A DNA stretch of 64,000 nucleotides, taken from Thermodesulfobacteriota bacterium. Its GTDB lineage: Bacteria > Desulfobacterota_D > UBA1144 > Nemesobacterales > JAJCZQ01. The notes beneath the pieces were generated by a model. It did no database searches and was not told where the DNA came from. It saw only the letters and a list, made by a program, of their open reading frames with translations. Location of the stretch: NCBI GenBank assembly GCA_965215275.1, contig OZ244044.1:352001-416000 (forward strand). Reading direction: 5' to 3'. Positions 51,413 through 62,639 of the stretch are shown piece by piece (positions within the stretch are counted from its first letter, which is position 1; every line of letters begins with the position of its first letter). The position numbers were made by a program, and so were the translations under genes.

Positions 51413-52420
51413 TGGTGAATATACTTTACCATAAGAAGGTATTTACAGAAAAGGAACTGTTGTTATATGTAGGTCTATCTGCTGGCAACCGTTGTCGGTC
51501 CGTATTTTTTTAGTTTTATCAAGTTTTCAGATTTGTATTATTTACAGTTACAGGTTATCATATAAAGCTAACTAAACGTAAAAAGGTGTATACGTATAGA
51601 TTAAAAAAGGGAATTATATAAAATAGTAAACAAGGTATCAACAGGAACAGGATAATGTATAGAGATAATTAAGGTTTTCACTTGATAAACCGGCAGTTTG
51701 AGTTCATGGGGATGTTCCCTGGCAAGAGGTCAGCGGAAAAACGGTTTGAAAGGCCGTTATGTAGAGACGGGAGATATTGGCGTCAGTGTCCGAAGTGGCA
51801 GTATAACGGCAACGGGTAATATATCGTTTCAGGAAAAGGTTATTGGCAGTATACCTGACAACCGCAGGTTTGAAGGTATTGTCCGGTCGTAAAACGGGAA
51901 GGTATACGGGAACTGTGCAGAAAACGGGTCGGTTTTTTCCGCACGGGACAGGAAAGGGTCTGAAGAGCAGTCTGATTATCATTTAAAGTAACAGAAGGAA
52001 CACGGGGAGGAAGCAGAAAGGCAAAGTCATCAGGAACAGACGGGAGGGTCATGGTAAAGGCAACTAAAACCATAAAAAGTGAGGCATCATAAGGTATGAC
52101 GGACGGAAGTGCATGTCCATACAAAGGGACAGAAAGTTTCCGGTCTGCGTTGCAAGAGGTTTTGCAGGAATGTATCACAAGACGTCAGGGAAACATTTAC
52201 AAAGATGTACAGATGAGCATGCAGGAAGGCGTAACAACGGAGCATTGCCGACCGTGGATCAGGTCGAAGACATGATCAGGGGGTCGCGTGGCAATAGAGA
52301 TCAAATACTGTTGATGAATGATCCCTACATCCTGAATTATTTTTATCATTGCAAGAAAGGTAAAGAAAAAGAAATTCATACTTGACATTCGTTCATAATA
52401 CAAAGTAAAATATCAATGTT

Positions 52421-55400
52421 ATGAAAAGATCAAATATAAAAAAGCGTATCTCCATTACCCCCCCCCCCGTGTATACCAGACCTTTCAGTTGTACACGGGT
52501 ATCCTGCAATGACAATGCCTGAGCTTATCCCCCCCCCCATCAACGTCATAGTTTAACGGGCAGTTCCCGCCGGAACGGCAGACGGTTCATACTTTCCCTT
52601 GTCCTTTTTCTTCTGTGTTTTATATCCGTTGATACAAGGGGACAGGGCAGCATAAAGGACCCGTTCTCCGGATGCAGGGGCGTCAGTGCAGATACGGAAG
52701 ATCCGCTGTACGGGTGTCAGTGGCATCTGAAGAACACGGGGCAGCTTGGTTTTTCCGGAAAAGCAGTAACAGCAGGAGAAGATATAAACATAGAGGGAGT
52801 GTGGAACGAAGACGTATATGGTTCTGGAATTAACGTAGCAGTAGTAAGTAATGGAATAGACCTTTCACATGAGGACCTTTCTGCAAACGTCCGTTCCGGA
52901 CTGAACTGGAGTTATTCCGAAGAAAACAGTTCTGAAAGCGGTGACCTGTCTGATATTTCATCCTTTACCGGAACACGAGCGGCAGGTGTAATAGCAGCTT
53001 CTGGATATAACGGACTGGGAGTAAGAGGAACTGCACCTGGTGCGAGTATATACAGTTATAAGTTAACTGATGATATCAGGGAAGCGGACGCAATGGATGC
53101 AAGGGATGCAATGGTCCGTAATAAGGAAATAACTGCAGTATCGGTTAACGACTGGGGACCGGAAGATAAATATTCTCTTCATCAGGCATCATCTGTCTGG
53201 GAAGAAGGAGTGGAACTTGGAATAAAGAAAGGGTTTTATGGGAAAGGAGTGTTTTACGTCCGGGGAGCAGGGGACGGGCACGAGAATAACGATCAGGCTA
53301 ATTTTTCTGAATATTCTAATTACTACGGAGTAACTGCCGTTTGTTCAACGGACGGCTTTGGAAAAAAGAGTGTATTTTCAGAAGAGGGAGTAAATCTATG
53401 GGTATGTGCACCTGGTTCTGATATTGTAACCACTGATAACAACAACGAATACGTTGTAACTTCCGGAACATTTCTTTCAGCTTCACAGGTTGCAGGGGTG
53501 GCAGCACTGCTGAGAGAGGTTAATGGAGAACTGAGCTGGAGGGATATAAAGCTTATACTTGCGGGTTCAGCACGGCAGAACGACGTTTCTGATATTAGCT
53601 GGGAGACTGGAGCTGTTAAATACGGCTCTGACACGGAAAGATATAAATATAATCCTAAGTATGGTTTTGGCGTGGTAGACGCGGAAGCAGCTGTAGAACT
53701 TGCCAGAAGCTGGAAAGGCGTTGGTGAAATGAGAACCATTACAGCTTCTTCCGATAATGAACTGACAATTCCTGATGGAGAAGGAGAAGCAGATGGGGTC
53801 CTTGTCTCCAGACTTATGATACCGGACATGGAAGAAATATTTACGGAATTCGTTGAGGTTGAACTTGTTTTTTCTCATGACCGATTACCGGACCTTAACA
53901 TACAGATAACCTCTCCTTCCGGGACAGTATCGGAACTTGTAAGGGAGTTTTCAGTTGAGGAAGAAGACGCTGAGATCAGTTACCTGAGAAGAACACATCG
54001 TTTCGGGTCGGCTAAGCACCTCGGAGAAGACCCTTCCGGAGAATGGACCTTAAAGATATCTGATACTGCTTCCGGAGATGGAGAAGATGGGACCTTACAC
54101 TCCTGGAGCATTAAGGTATACGGGCATAAGAAGGGGGATACCGCTGCAGACCTTGCTAAGGAGATAACTACTAAAGCTTTAAATTGGGGCGGACAGACAG
54201 TTCAGGATCAGGTGTACAGAGTAGGAACTCAGATAGCACCGTTACAGCTGCCTGAGGCGACCGGGGCAGAAGGAATAACGTACAGTATAAAGCCTGGTTT
54301 ACCTGCTGGGCTGGAGTTTAACGATACCACCAGAGTTATAAGCGGAACCCCAACTAAATCGCAGTCTAATGAACGTTATCAAATTGTTGCCAGAGACGCA
54401 GACGGGAACGTGAAGGGTTTAGCGTTCCATATAAGGATAAGGTTCCGTAACTCCACGGTACCGAGTTTCAGCGATACCATCCCGGATCAGAACTATGTAA
54501 CGGGGAGATCAATAACGCCACTGGTGTTCCCTCGTGCAACGGGAGGGGATGGTCAGTTAAGGTACACTTTTGACGGCACTTTAACTAACTTACCAAATGG
54601 ATTGAGCCTTTCCAGGAATCCGTTCAGGATAATTGGAACACCAGGTAGTGGTAGTGCGGGGACAAGTACCTGGCAATATACCGCTACTGACACAGACGGG
54701 GATACTGCTACACTTGAGTTCAGGATAAGGATAAGAGCTGCAGCTGACGTTCCGGACTTCGGCGATACGCAGGTGAGGGATCAGACGTTTGGTAACGGCA
54801 GACCAATAAGGCTGGGAATGCCTGTGGCAGATGGCGGGAATGGAAATTTAAATTACAGTATAACTCCTGCCTTGCCTGCTGGATTGACCTTTACCAGCAA
54901 CAACCGACAGATAAGCGGGACATTGAACGTTGCTCCAAATATGCTGCCTCTGACTGAAACCTATACCTACAAGGTAACTGACTCTGACTTGGATATTGAT
55001 GACGGTGATTCTGATACTCTGACCTTCTCTTATACGATAGAAGCTAATTCAGTGCCGAGTTTCAGCGAGACTATCCCTGATCAGACATATGTTCAAGGGA
55101 CATCGGCAAACCTTCCGGTAACGCTGCCTGAGGCAACGGGAGGTAATGGAACGGTAAGCTACAGCCTGACCCCTGTTCGTTTACCAGCCGGACTGGACTT
55201 TGATGAAAACACCCGGGTTATAAGCGGAACACCAACCGAGACCATAGCTGCTCCTGGTCGAACTTACACGTATAGGGCAAGGGACGATGATCTGGACACG
55301 GGTACTCGCACCTTCTCTATTACGATAACGGCCCTGTCCTTTGACGGGCAGGTATCTTCTCCTGTTTTGTACCTGGCAGAAAGACCAGTAACACCATTAA

Positions 55401-56581
55401 CGCTGCCTGCTGCTACGGGAGGTACTGCTCCGTATACCTACAGTCTGACCCCTGCCCCACCTGCCGGATTGACCTTTGACAGAACCACCCGGGTTATAAG
55501 CGGAACACCGACTGCTGCAACGCCTTTGAAGACCTATACGTATACCGTTACAGACGGTAACGGAACTGCGGTGGAGGTGATGTTCGATCTTGCCGTAAGA
55601 GCACACTTTTCAGGCGTTGAGATACAAGGCAAGGTGTATACGGTCGGGACGGCAGTAATGGAAACGCTGCCTGAGGCAACTGGACATAATGGAACGGTAA
55701 CGTACAGTTTAACTCCTGTTTTATCTTCTATTGGATTGAGTTTTGATCCTGCTACCCGGGTTATAAGCGGAACACCGACTGCTACACAGAATGCGAGGAC
55801 CTATACGTATACTGCTACTACCGGTGCAGGTGGACCTGCTCGAACTTTGATGTTCCATATCACTGTAAGAAATGAACCCAACACAATACCGAGTTTCGGC
55901 GGTGAGATGATAGAGGATAAGGAATACATAGCAGGAATTCCGATAACACCGTTCGTGCTGCCTGAGGCAACGGGAGGGAATGGAAACTTAACTTACAGTT
56001 TAACGCCTGGTTTACCTGATGGACTGGATTTTAACGAAACCACCAGAACTATAAGCGGGACACCGACTGCTGCAACGTCTGAGACTGATCATACATGGAG
56101 CGCTGCTGACGAGGATAATGAAATGGAAGGGTTAACGTTCAGTATAACAGTGGAAGAGGACAGCAGACCGGAATTTGGCAGTGATATGATAGAAGTTCAT
56201 GTGTACAGTGGGAGTCCAATAAGGCTTCCTGCTGCAACGGGAGGGAATGCACCGTTAAGATACAGTATAATGCCTCCCTTACCTCCTGAATTGAGATTGA
56301 ACGAAACCACCGGAAGGATAAGTGGCACACCCAGGAGTGCATCAACAAGAACTTACATGTATACGGTAACGGACAGGAATGGAGATACAGATGATGTGAG
56401 TTTCATGCTCAGTGTAACGGTTCCACCACCAACGTCAGGTAATGGCGGAGGTGGAGGAGGATGTGCCGTCTCGGATCAGAGCAGCGCTGCTTCTGATATT
56501 TTCGGAGCAGTGGCATGTCTGATGCTTATACCCGTGTCAGTAGTTATCAGAAGGAAAAGAAGATCTCGGATAAATGCATAG
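52421..56581 (+). CDS. Copy 3: inactive S8 + P-domain + Ig-like repeat surface protein; out of frame at poly-C tracts
   Basis: The main frame is open from 52523 (ORF track starts at 52799) and includes the signal peptide. C11 at 52458-52468, C10 at 52529-52538; promoter TTGACA-N18-TAAAAT at 52382-52411. Confidence 0.82.
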
Positions 56582-56596
56582 CAATGAGGTCCTTTC
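54716..56596. repeat. Arm B of the 1,881-bp inverted repeat (3' part of copy 3)
   Basis: Reverse complement of 45704..47584. Confidence 0.9.
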
Positions 56597-57114
56597 AGGG
56601 ACGTTCATGAGAGAGGACCGCGTAATGGTCCTCCCCTGTACCCGTTCGCTTAACGTAAAGGCAGCGTTACCGCGCACTGGACCGTCCCTGTATTCTGATG
56701 AGACGACAGGATAAGCAGAGGAAGGCATCAGCACGGGTGATCTTCCGAACGTTCCGTTTACTGAGGTATACCGTTCCCCGTTATAATCCCGTTGTCAGCG
56801 TTCCCGGCAGGATACCTTTACAGGGAAAGGGAGCAGGTAGATATAAAGGCAGGTACATGTCCGGGGATCAGTCCTGAAGGTCTGAAAAGGTTCCGTATCG
56901 TGTAATTTCAGCCACGGGGAGGCGTTCACGGTTCCTGGAACGGGAGGACTTCAACGTCCTGGACACGCGGACGTCCCGACGTCAGGGAAAGAGGTCGGAC
57001 CTGACCGCCCGTTGTCTGCAAGAGGACCCCGTCAGGTCAGCAAAAAAAGTGCAGAGACGCCGAAGGGGTTCCCGGAAAACGCCTAGGACAGGGATGAACG
57101 TCCCTGAAAGGAAC

Positions 57115-60100
57115 TCATTGCCAGGTCCTTATCCGAGCTCTTTCCTTCCTTCTGATCAATACCGACACGGGTATAAGTATCAGACATGCCATTACTCCAG
57201 GAATATCATAAGCAACACTGCTCTGATCTGATACAGCACATCCTCCTCCACCTCCGCCTGGATCACTACCTGACGTTCTTGTTGGTCCTGGTCCTGGAGT
57301 AGAAGGAACCTCTGCACTGAACCTGAAGGTCAACTCTTTCATGTCTCCATTCCTGTCCGTTACCGTGTACGTGTAGGTCCTCTCAGACGACGCACTCGCG
57401 GGCGTCCCGCTTATTATCCCTGTGTTTCTGTCCAATCTCAACCCAGGAGGTAAGGGAGGCGTTATACTGTATACTAACGGTGCATTCCCTCCCGTTGCTA
57501 CCGGCAACCTTATTGATCTCCCCATGTACACCTGATCTTCTATCGTCGTCACGCTGAAGTCCGGTTCGCTGTCTTCTTCCACTGTAATACTGAACTCCAG
57601 TTCATCTGTATCATTATCTGCGTCCGTTACTGTATACGTGTAATCAGTCTCAGACGTTGCAGTAGTCGGTGTTCCGCTTATAACTTGTGTAGCAGGGGTA
57701 AAATCCAATCCGGCAGGTAAGGCAGGAGTTAAACTGTAAGTTAATGGTGCATTCCCTGACGTTGCCACAGGCAGTGTTTTTTCCATTACTGCTTCTCCGT
57801 TTATATACACCTTGTTATCTATAGTTTCACTCCCGAAGCTTGGTTCTGTGTCAGGTTCTGCTCTTACTGTGATATTGAACGTCTTTGAGTTCTTAAATCC
57901 ATCTGTGTCAGTTACCGTATAAGTATAAGTGCTTCTGGAAGTTGCAGTATCTGGAGTTCCACTTATCTCTCGGGTGGCAGGGGTAAAATCCAGTCCGGAA
58001 GGTAAATTGGGAGTTAAACTGTACGTTAACGTTCCATTATGTCCATCTGCTGCAGGCAGCACTTCTGTTACTTCTGTACCGGTTAAATACACCTTATCAT
58101 TTATCACAGCACTTGTGAAGAGTGCTCTTACAGCAATATCGAACATCAATTCAGCCGTATGTCCGTTATTGTCAGTAACGGTATACGTATAGGTAGTCCT
58201 GGGCGTTGCAGTAGTTGGTGTCCCGCGTATAGCTCTGTCATTAGAGTTATACGCTAATCCGGCTGGTAATACAGGAGTAACACTGTATATATATGGAGGA
58301 GTACCTCCCGTTGCAGCAGGCAACGAATTACTCGTTAGAGTGGGTATTGATGATAATGCATTTGCTATTAATGTATAAAAATCAGTAAAAGACCCACCGT
58401 CAAAGGCCAGGTCCGTTATAGTAATAGAGAAAGTAATACTGTCAGAATCACCGTCATCATCAGTTACCTTGTAGGTATAAGTTTGAGTTACAGGTAATCC
58501 ACTTGGAGAAACGTCGAGCGTTCCACTTAACGTTCTGGTGTTTTCGTTATAATCCAATCCATTAATTTTAATTGGATCACCTATACTATTAGTTAAACTG
58601 TAATTTAAAGTTCCATCCCCTCCCGTTGCAGCAGGCAGGGTTAACGTTACTGCTCTGCCGTTACTCCACACCTGATCTTCTACCGTCTCACTGCCGAAGC
58701 TTGGTCCAGTGTAAGCTGTTATCGTTATATGGAATTGACGGGTGCGGAAAAAACCCTGGGGACTTGAATCTGTTGCCACATATACAACATTGGTCACACC
58801 CACAGTAGTTGGTACCCCACTTAACACTCTGGTGTCACGATCAAATTCCAATCCATTAGGTAGAGGGTGAGTAAAAGCAAATCTATAATTATATGGAGCG
58901 GTCCCTCCCGTTGCTTCAGGCATCACTTCACTTACTAGTCTACCTTGTTCGTAGACCTTGTCACTAATAAGTGGCAAGGTTGTTATTTTAGTAGTTATCT
59001 CCTTGCCACGGTCTGATAAAAAAACATGCCCGTAGACCCTGATGCTCCATGAGTGTAAGGTCCCGGTATTTTCTGAATTTTCTGCTTCTCCATCTCCGGA
59101 AGCAGTATCGGATATTTTAAGGGTCCATTCTCCGGAAGGGTCTTCTCCGAGGTGTTTAGCCGACCCGAAACGATGTGTTCTTCTCAGGTAACTGATCTCA
59201 GCGCCTTCTTCCTCCCCTGAAAACTCCCTTACAAGTTCCGATACTGTCCCGGAAGGAGAGGTTATCTGTATATTGAGGTCCTGTAAGCGGTCATGAGAAA
59301 AAACAAGTTCTACCTCAACGAATTCCGTAAATATTTCCTCCAGGTCCGGTATCACAAGTCCGGAGGTAAGTACCCCGTCCGCTTCTCCATCTCCATTTTC
59401 TTCTCCATCAGGGATCGTCAGTTCATTATCTGAAGAAGCTGTAACGGTCCTCATCTCTCCAACGCCTTTCCAGTTTCTGGCAAGTTCTGCGGCTGCTTCC
59501 GCGTCTACCACGCCAAAACCATACCTGGGACTATATTTATATCTTTCCACGTCAGAACCGTATTTAACAGCTCCGGTCTCCCAGCTCATGTCAAAAAAAT
59601 CGTTCTGCCGTGCTGAACCCGCAAGTATAAGCTTTATATCCCTCCAGCTCAGCTGCCCGTTTATCTCTCTCAGCAGTGCTGCCACTCCTGCAACCTGTGA
59701 AGCTGACAGGAACGTTCCGGAAGTTACGGTGTAGCCACCACCGTTATCCGTGGTCACGATATCAGAACCAGGTGCACATACCCATAGATTTACTCCCTCT
59801 TCTGAAAAAATACTCTTCTTTCCAAAACCGTCAGTTGAACAAACGGCCGTTACTCCGTAATAGCTGGAATATTCATTAAAATTAGCCTGATCTCCGCTCT
59901 CATGCCCGTCCCCTGCTCCCCGGACGTAAAACACTCCTTTCCCGTAAAACCCTTTACTTATTCCAAGTTCCAATCCTTCTTCCCAGGAAGATGAAGCCTC
60001 CTGAAAAAAAGCTCCGTCCTCAGATCCCCGGCCGTTAACAGATACTGCGGTTATTTCTTTATTACGGACCACCGCGTCCGCTTCACTGAGATCACCGGAT

Positions 60101-60736
60101 AACCTGTAACTGTATATACTCGCACCGGGTGCTACTCCTCTTGTTCCCAGTCCGTTATATCCAGTAGCTGCAATTACACCTGCCGCTCGTGTTCCGGTAA
60201 AGGATGAACCGTCAGAAAGATCAACGCTTTCTGAACTGCTTTCTTCAGAACTGTTTTTTTCAGAATAACTCCAGTTCAGACCGGAACGGACGTTCGCAGA
60301 AAGGTCCTCATGTGAAAGGTCCATTCCATTACTTACAACTGCTATATTAATCCCGGAACCGTATACGTCATCGTTCCACACTCCCTCTATATTTATATCT
60401 TCTCCTGCAGTTATTTCCTTTCCTGAATAACTTAACTGCCCAGTGTTCTTCAGATGCCACTGACATCCGTATAACGGATCTTCCGTTTCTGTACTGATAC
60501 CTCTGCATTCAGATAACGTTTCTTCTAAGCTGCTCTGCCCTTTTGCAGCTATTACCAGTATAAACAGAAGAAATAAGACTAAAGAAAGGATTGACTTAGA
60601 TGGGGGGGGGTATTATCTTAAACATTTTTCTTATAAAATACTTATACCAGACTGAAAGTTCACGTATACACGGGGGGGGGGTAATGGAACTGCGTGTTTT
60701 TGTTTTTATGTTTGGATTTTTCATGAAATTTTTCAT
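57115..60736 (-). CDS. Copy 4: inactive S8 + P-domain + Ig-like repeat surface protein; out of frame at the second poly-C tract
   Basis: The main frame is open from 60612 (ORF track starts at 60381). G9 at 60602-60610, G10 at 60672-60681; promoter TTGACA-N18-TAAAAT at 60775..60746. Confidence 0.82.
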
Positions 60737-61061
60737 AACACTGATATTTTACTTCGTATTATGAACGAATGTCAAGTGTAATTTCCTTTTCTTTCCTTTC
60801 CTGCAATGACAATGATATTCAGGATGCACGGATCATTCCCTTTTTTTTCCCGTTCACTGTAACTTGCGGTATTCAGTTCCCACTGATAATAATAAAGGGT
60901 AAAATACAGCCTGTCAACCGTTCAGGGTAATCCAAAAAATATGTATAAGAATGAATAAAGAAAACAATACCAGGACCTCCGATCAATGTAGAGTTTGGCC
61001 GCCGTACCTGCAATACCGACCGGTAGATCATCAAAGGGCCTGAAAGTAAACAAAAGCAAGA

Positions 61062-62558
61062 TCAGAACCTGATCGTAAGATCGACCGTGTAGATCACTTT
61101 TGTGTTATCATCAGAGGTCCCCTTCAGTGGAAAGCTGAACGAAAATCCCGGGGAGAACCTTTTTCCCAGCCTCATTCCGCCCCCAAGGAAAATATCGGTC
61201 TTTTTGAACGTGTCGGCAGTAACGGTGGTTATCCCGTTGAACTCGCCGAATATCACTGTACTGGCAGGACCGTAGGGAAGGGAAACACCAGCTGCCGAGT
61301 TGTAAGCAAGCCTCGTTTCGATACCGTCGCCTTCAAGTCCTCTGGCACGAGTGACCATCTGCACGCCAAAGTTGTTATGAACGCTCAGCCATTTATGATG
61401 GTGCAAGGTCGATACATAGGGTGTAAACGTCAAGGCCTTTCTGAGATAAAGCGGAAAATCCCTCTTGCTGCTGTCAACGATGGCCTTCAGTCTGCCAACG
61501 TTATCCTTGTAAGCCAGCGGCAGTACCGCGTCCATACCAACGGTATAGACCGAGCTGTTCATCTCGTATACTACCGTCTTGCCCCCAATGGTCATATTAG
61601 CCAGTTCAAACCCGTTATGAATATCCTGTTCAGCGACGTTAAGGTCGTTGACCCCCACATGTGAAAACCTGACGTAAGCACTGTATAAATTACTTTCAGA
61701 GGGAAATTCCGCTTTTGTATGATAAAAAATAAACTCTGCGTTATTCAGGTCCCTGTTCAGATCGGCAACTTCCATGAACGCACGGAAATACCCCATCGGT
61801 AACGCCGGTTCAAACAGGACCGGATAACCGTACCTAACGGACCTCTGCCTGGACCTTGAGAGCACGGACTGGAAAGTCCCGCTGAACTCGTACTGGCCCG
61901 TAAGCGGGTTAAAGAGAACGACCTTTCTGTTGTCAACGAAGTTCCTCATGGGATTGAGTATATGGGCGGCAACCTTTGCAGCTCTGCCGTCTTTGTTGTA
62001 AAACCAGTCAGATATCCGTTCCAGTCCATACCCCAATGGTACCCCCAGCAAAGGGGTTGCTATAAGATCGGACATGGACGGGGTTTCGACCAGCCCCTCC
62101 ACGGTGTATTCAAAGAGCGTGCTCTGTACCGCTGAACCCAGCGCCGCAACCCACAGTTCATGCTCCATCTGACGGTAATATAAAAAGGACACCAGTCCGG
62201 CAAACGGATGCACCATATAGTTGGTAAAGAACGGATCACCATCGTCCGAGACCGGCTGGCGGCTTATGCTATCCCTCCACTTGGATAATGAAGTATCAAT
62301 TATCCTCGCGTCCTTGTTGCGTACGTAAAAGAACCTGAACGCCCATATGGCCGAGTAGTAGATCGCCGTGTCCCTGATAAAGTCCCTTATTCCAAGGGCA
62401 CCTTCTTCACCCGCGTCATACAGCAGATCAGATGAATAGTGATCAAATTCGTGTCCGTCCGTGTTACGGTCTGAAGGAAGGATCTCCCGTGCATGAAGCC
62501 CGGACAAACCGGAACAGGTTATAACAACGACTAATAAAAGCAGGATAAGGCGGTTCAT
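61062..62558 (-). CDS. DUF3943-like domain exported/membrane protein
   Basis: D.DPFFTNY..HPFAG...Y, S.LFEY..E...E.PS..DLI.TP..G..LG motifs. Likely start at MNRLILL. Confidence 0.7.
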   Translation of the reverse strand: MNRLILLLLVVVITCSGLSGLHAREILPSDRNTDGHEFDHYSSDLLYDAGEEGALGIRDFIRDTAIYYSAIWAFRFFYVRNKDARIIDTSLSKWRDSISRQPVSDDGDPFFTNYMVHPFAGLVSFLYYRQMEHELWVAALGSAVQSTLFEYTVEGLVETPSMSDLIATPLLGVPLGYGLERISDWFYNKDGRAAKVAAHILNPMRNFVDNRKVVLFNPLTGQYEFSGTFQSVLSRSRQRSVRYGYPVLFEPALPMGYFRAFMEVADLNRDLNNAEFIFYHTKAEFPSESNLYSAYVRFSHVGVNDLNVAEQDIHNGFELANMTIGGKTVVYEMNSSVYTVGMDAVLPLAYKDNVGRLKAIVDSSKRDFPLYLRKALTFTPYVSTLHHHKWLSVHNNFGVQMVTRARGLEGDGIETRLAYNSAAGVSLPYGPASTVIFGEFNGITTVTADTFKKTDIFLGGGMRLGKRFSPGFSFSFPLKGTSDDNTKVIYTVDLTIRF

Positions 62559-62639
62559 ATCGCAGGTCCGTTCCGTTATTGGTATAGTATGGGTATTGGC
62601 GGTTTTAAAAAACTCTGCAAAGTATAGTGAAAAACTCAA

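Noticed and set aside
45704..56596. Diversity-generating retroelement template/variable repeat pair
   Set aside because: No reverse transcriptase in the window; the repeat is far too long; the differences seen are C/T, C/T and T/G, not adenine-specific.
56581..57121. MITE with 28-bp TIRs
   Set aside because: The inverted match is continuous with homologous gene ends of two convergent paralogs, and no TSD can be distinguished.
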